Shown here piece by piece: positions 57,843-58,995 of a stretch of DNA of 58,995 nucleotides. A program made the position numbers and the translations under genes. The notes below the pieces were generated by a model. The model saw nothing but the letters and a program-made list of their open reading frames with translations, did no database searches and had not been told where the DNA came from. The first letter of the stretch is position 1; each line of letters opens with the position of its first letter. The DNA is from a bacterium (GTDB lineage: Bacteria; Bacillota; Clostridia; Oscillospirales; CAG-272): positions 4,958 through 63,952 of the forward strand of contig CAVIJI010000010.1 of assembly GCA_963642885.1 (NCBI GenBank), read 5' to 3'.

Positions 57843-58995
57843 GTGAAGATAAAGACGTATAAAAAGCTCCTCGGTATTATTCTTGCGGCAATTATGCTGA
57901 ATTCGTGTACAACGACCGCTTCGAATACGGAAGAAACGGACGATATAAGTACGGGCATAACAGATACCGATGAGACAACAGCTTCATCGGACAGTATCGA
58001 AAGTGAAGACGGAGAGTACTATCCGAAAGCCGAGTATTCGGAATTTGACCTTAAAACTGCAATTTCGAGTGATGCGGTATATATTTCATTTAACGGGAAT
58101 GACGTTCAGACGACAGATGATATAGAAATCGGCGACGGATATATTAAGATATCCGATGGCGGAGATTATGTTTTAAGCGGTGAATTTAACGGACAGATTA
58201 TCGTGGAATCCGATGATAATGTTCATTTGATTTTGTCGGGTGTAACGTTGTGTGCCGATATGTCACCCGTTTACGTTGCATCCGCTAAAAATGTATGCAT
58301 AACATTAGCCGCAGATACGGTAAATACCGTAAGCGACAGTACAAGCTATACATATGAAGGGGATGAAAACGAACCTGCCGCCGCCGTATATTCCAAGGCT
58401 GATCTTACGATAAACGGTGAAGGTGAGCTTACGGTCAACGGAAATTACGATAAGGGCATACATTCTAAGGATGATTTAAAGATAGTTTCGGGAACGATTA
58501 CGGTTAACTCACAGGGCGATGCGATTAAAGGAAAGGATTGCCTTCTCATAAAAAGCGGTGTGATTAATGTAACATCGGGTGAAGACGGACTTAAATCGAA
58601 TAATGATACCGACGAAGAAAAAGGGTATGTGATTATCGACGGCGGAAGCATCAATATATCCGCGGGAGACGATGCCGTACATGCCGAGTCATGGCTTATC
58701 GTAAATGACGGAGAAATCAACGTCCCGCAATGCTATGAAGGCTTGGAAGGAATGAAAGTTGAAATATACGGCGGAGATATTAATATAGTATCATCGGATG
58801 ACACTATAAATGCCGCATCAGGTTCATCTTCGGGTTTCGAAAATTTTGATAAAAATGACGGAACATTCGATTTCGACGGAACATTCGATTTCGGCGGAAC
58901 AAACGAAGACGGCAGTCAGACACCGCCCGAGAAGCAAGCCTTCGACGGAACATTCGATTTCGGCGGAACAAACGAAGACGGCAGTCAGACACCGC
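57843..58995 (+). CDS. lipoprotein with parallel beta-helix-like repeats (Cthe_2159-like carbohydrate-binding family), 3'-truncated by the window edge
   Basis: GTG start after AGAGAGG. Lipobox LNSC at the end of the signal peptide. Repeated blocks of the type GxxxI.S.DD.IH/K. Not in the ORF track because there is no stop codon before the window end. Confidence 0.65.
   Translation, partial: MKIKTYKKLLGIILAAIMLNSCTTTASNTEETDDISTGITDTDETTASSDSIESEDGEYYPKAEYSEFDLKTAISSDAVYISFNGNDVQTTDDIEIGDGYIKISDGGDYVLSGEFNGQIIVESDDNVHLILSGVTLCADMSPVYVASAKNVCITLAADTVNTVSDSTSYTYEGDENEPAAAVYSKADLTINGEGELTVNGNYDKGIHSKDDLKIVSGTITVNSQGDAIKGKDCLLIKSGVINVTSGEDGLKSNNDTDEEKGYVIIDGGSINISAGDDAVHAESWLIVNDGEINVPQCYEGLEGMKVEIYGGDINIVSSDDTINAASGSSSGFENFDKNDGTFDFDGTFDFGGTNEDGSQTPPEKQAFDGTFDFGGTNEDGSQTP
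58857..58995 (+). repeat. in-frame tandem repeats (18-nt unit twice, then a 69-nt period) at the 3' end of the lipoprotein gene
   Basis: GACGGAACATTCGATTTC at 58857, 58875 and 58944. Identical 52-nt block at 58875-58926 and 58944-58995. Encodes DGTFDFGGTNEDGSQTPPEKQAF. Confidence 0.9.

Noticed and set aside
1-58995. Search for mobile elements, prophage, CRISPR-Cas, restriction-modification, toxin-antitoxin or other defence modules
   Set aside because: No transposase, integrase, recombinase, Cas, reverse transcriptase, methylase/endonuclease pair or small TA-like gene pair is visible in any frame. There are no terminal inverted repeats or att-like duplications around the tRNA.

Overview
This 59 kb window looks like chromosomal core from a low-GC Gram-positive anaerobe. 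Gene order and protein motifs suggest Clostridia, possibly Oscillospiraceae or Ruminococcaceae, but that is inference only. About 85% of genes are on the + strand and most are housekeeping: ilvE, infC-rpmI-rplT, dprA-topA-trmFO, plsX, rnc, smc, ftsY, rdgB, yhbY-nadD-yqeK-(LCP)-rsfS-leuS, rpsU, coaE, prfA-sua5, trmB, an NfnAB-type oxidoreductase pair and murI. There is one tRNA-Thr(CGU) on the - strand.

Small accessory patches sit between these genes:
- a YtrA-like GntR / ABC ATPase / 733-aa permease module;
- a lone GH125-like gene followed by a GyrA/ParC-like subunit with no adjacent B subunit;
- a minus-strand DUF1700-like / DUF4097-like / 4-Cys TSCPD operon;
- a translationally coupled pair of uncharacterised soluble proteins, one with an extreme acidic tail;
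- a phosphodiester-glycosidase-like protein with a (Thr-Glu)n linker;
- a monocistronic zinc-ribbon protein with a 16-cysteine acidic tail;
- a signal-peptide-less glycan-processing cluster (DUF1961-like, glutaminase-like, GH20-like, unknown);
- a truncated beta-helix lipoprotein with 23-aa repeats at the window edge.

I found no CRISPR array, transposase, integrase, reverse transcriptase, phage genes or recognisable defence or toxin-antitoxin genes, so the window is largely ordinary. The best candidates for something undescribed are the Cys-rich zinc-ribbon protein, the coupled unknown pair at 44703-46080 and the cytoplasmic glycan cluster. All three are modest, hypothesis-level calls.

All family assignments come from reading motifs in the translations. 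No database search was run.
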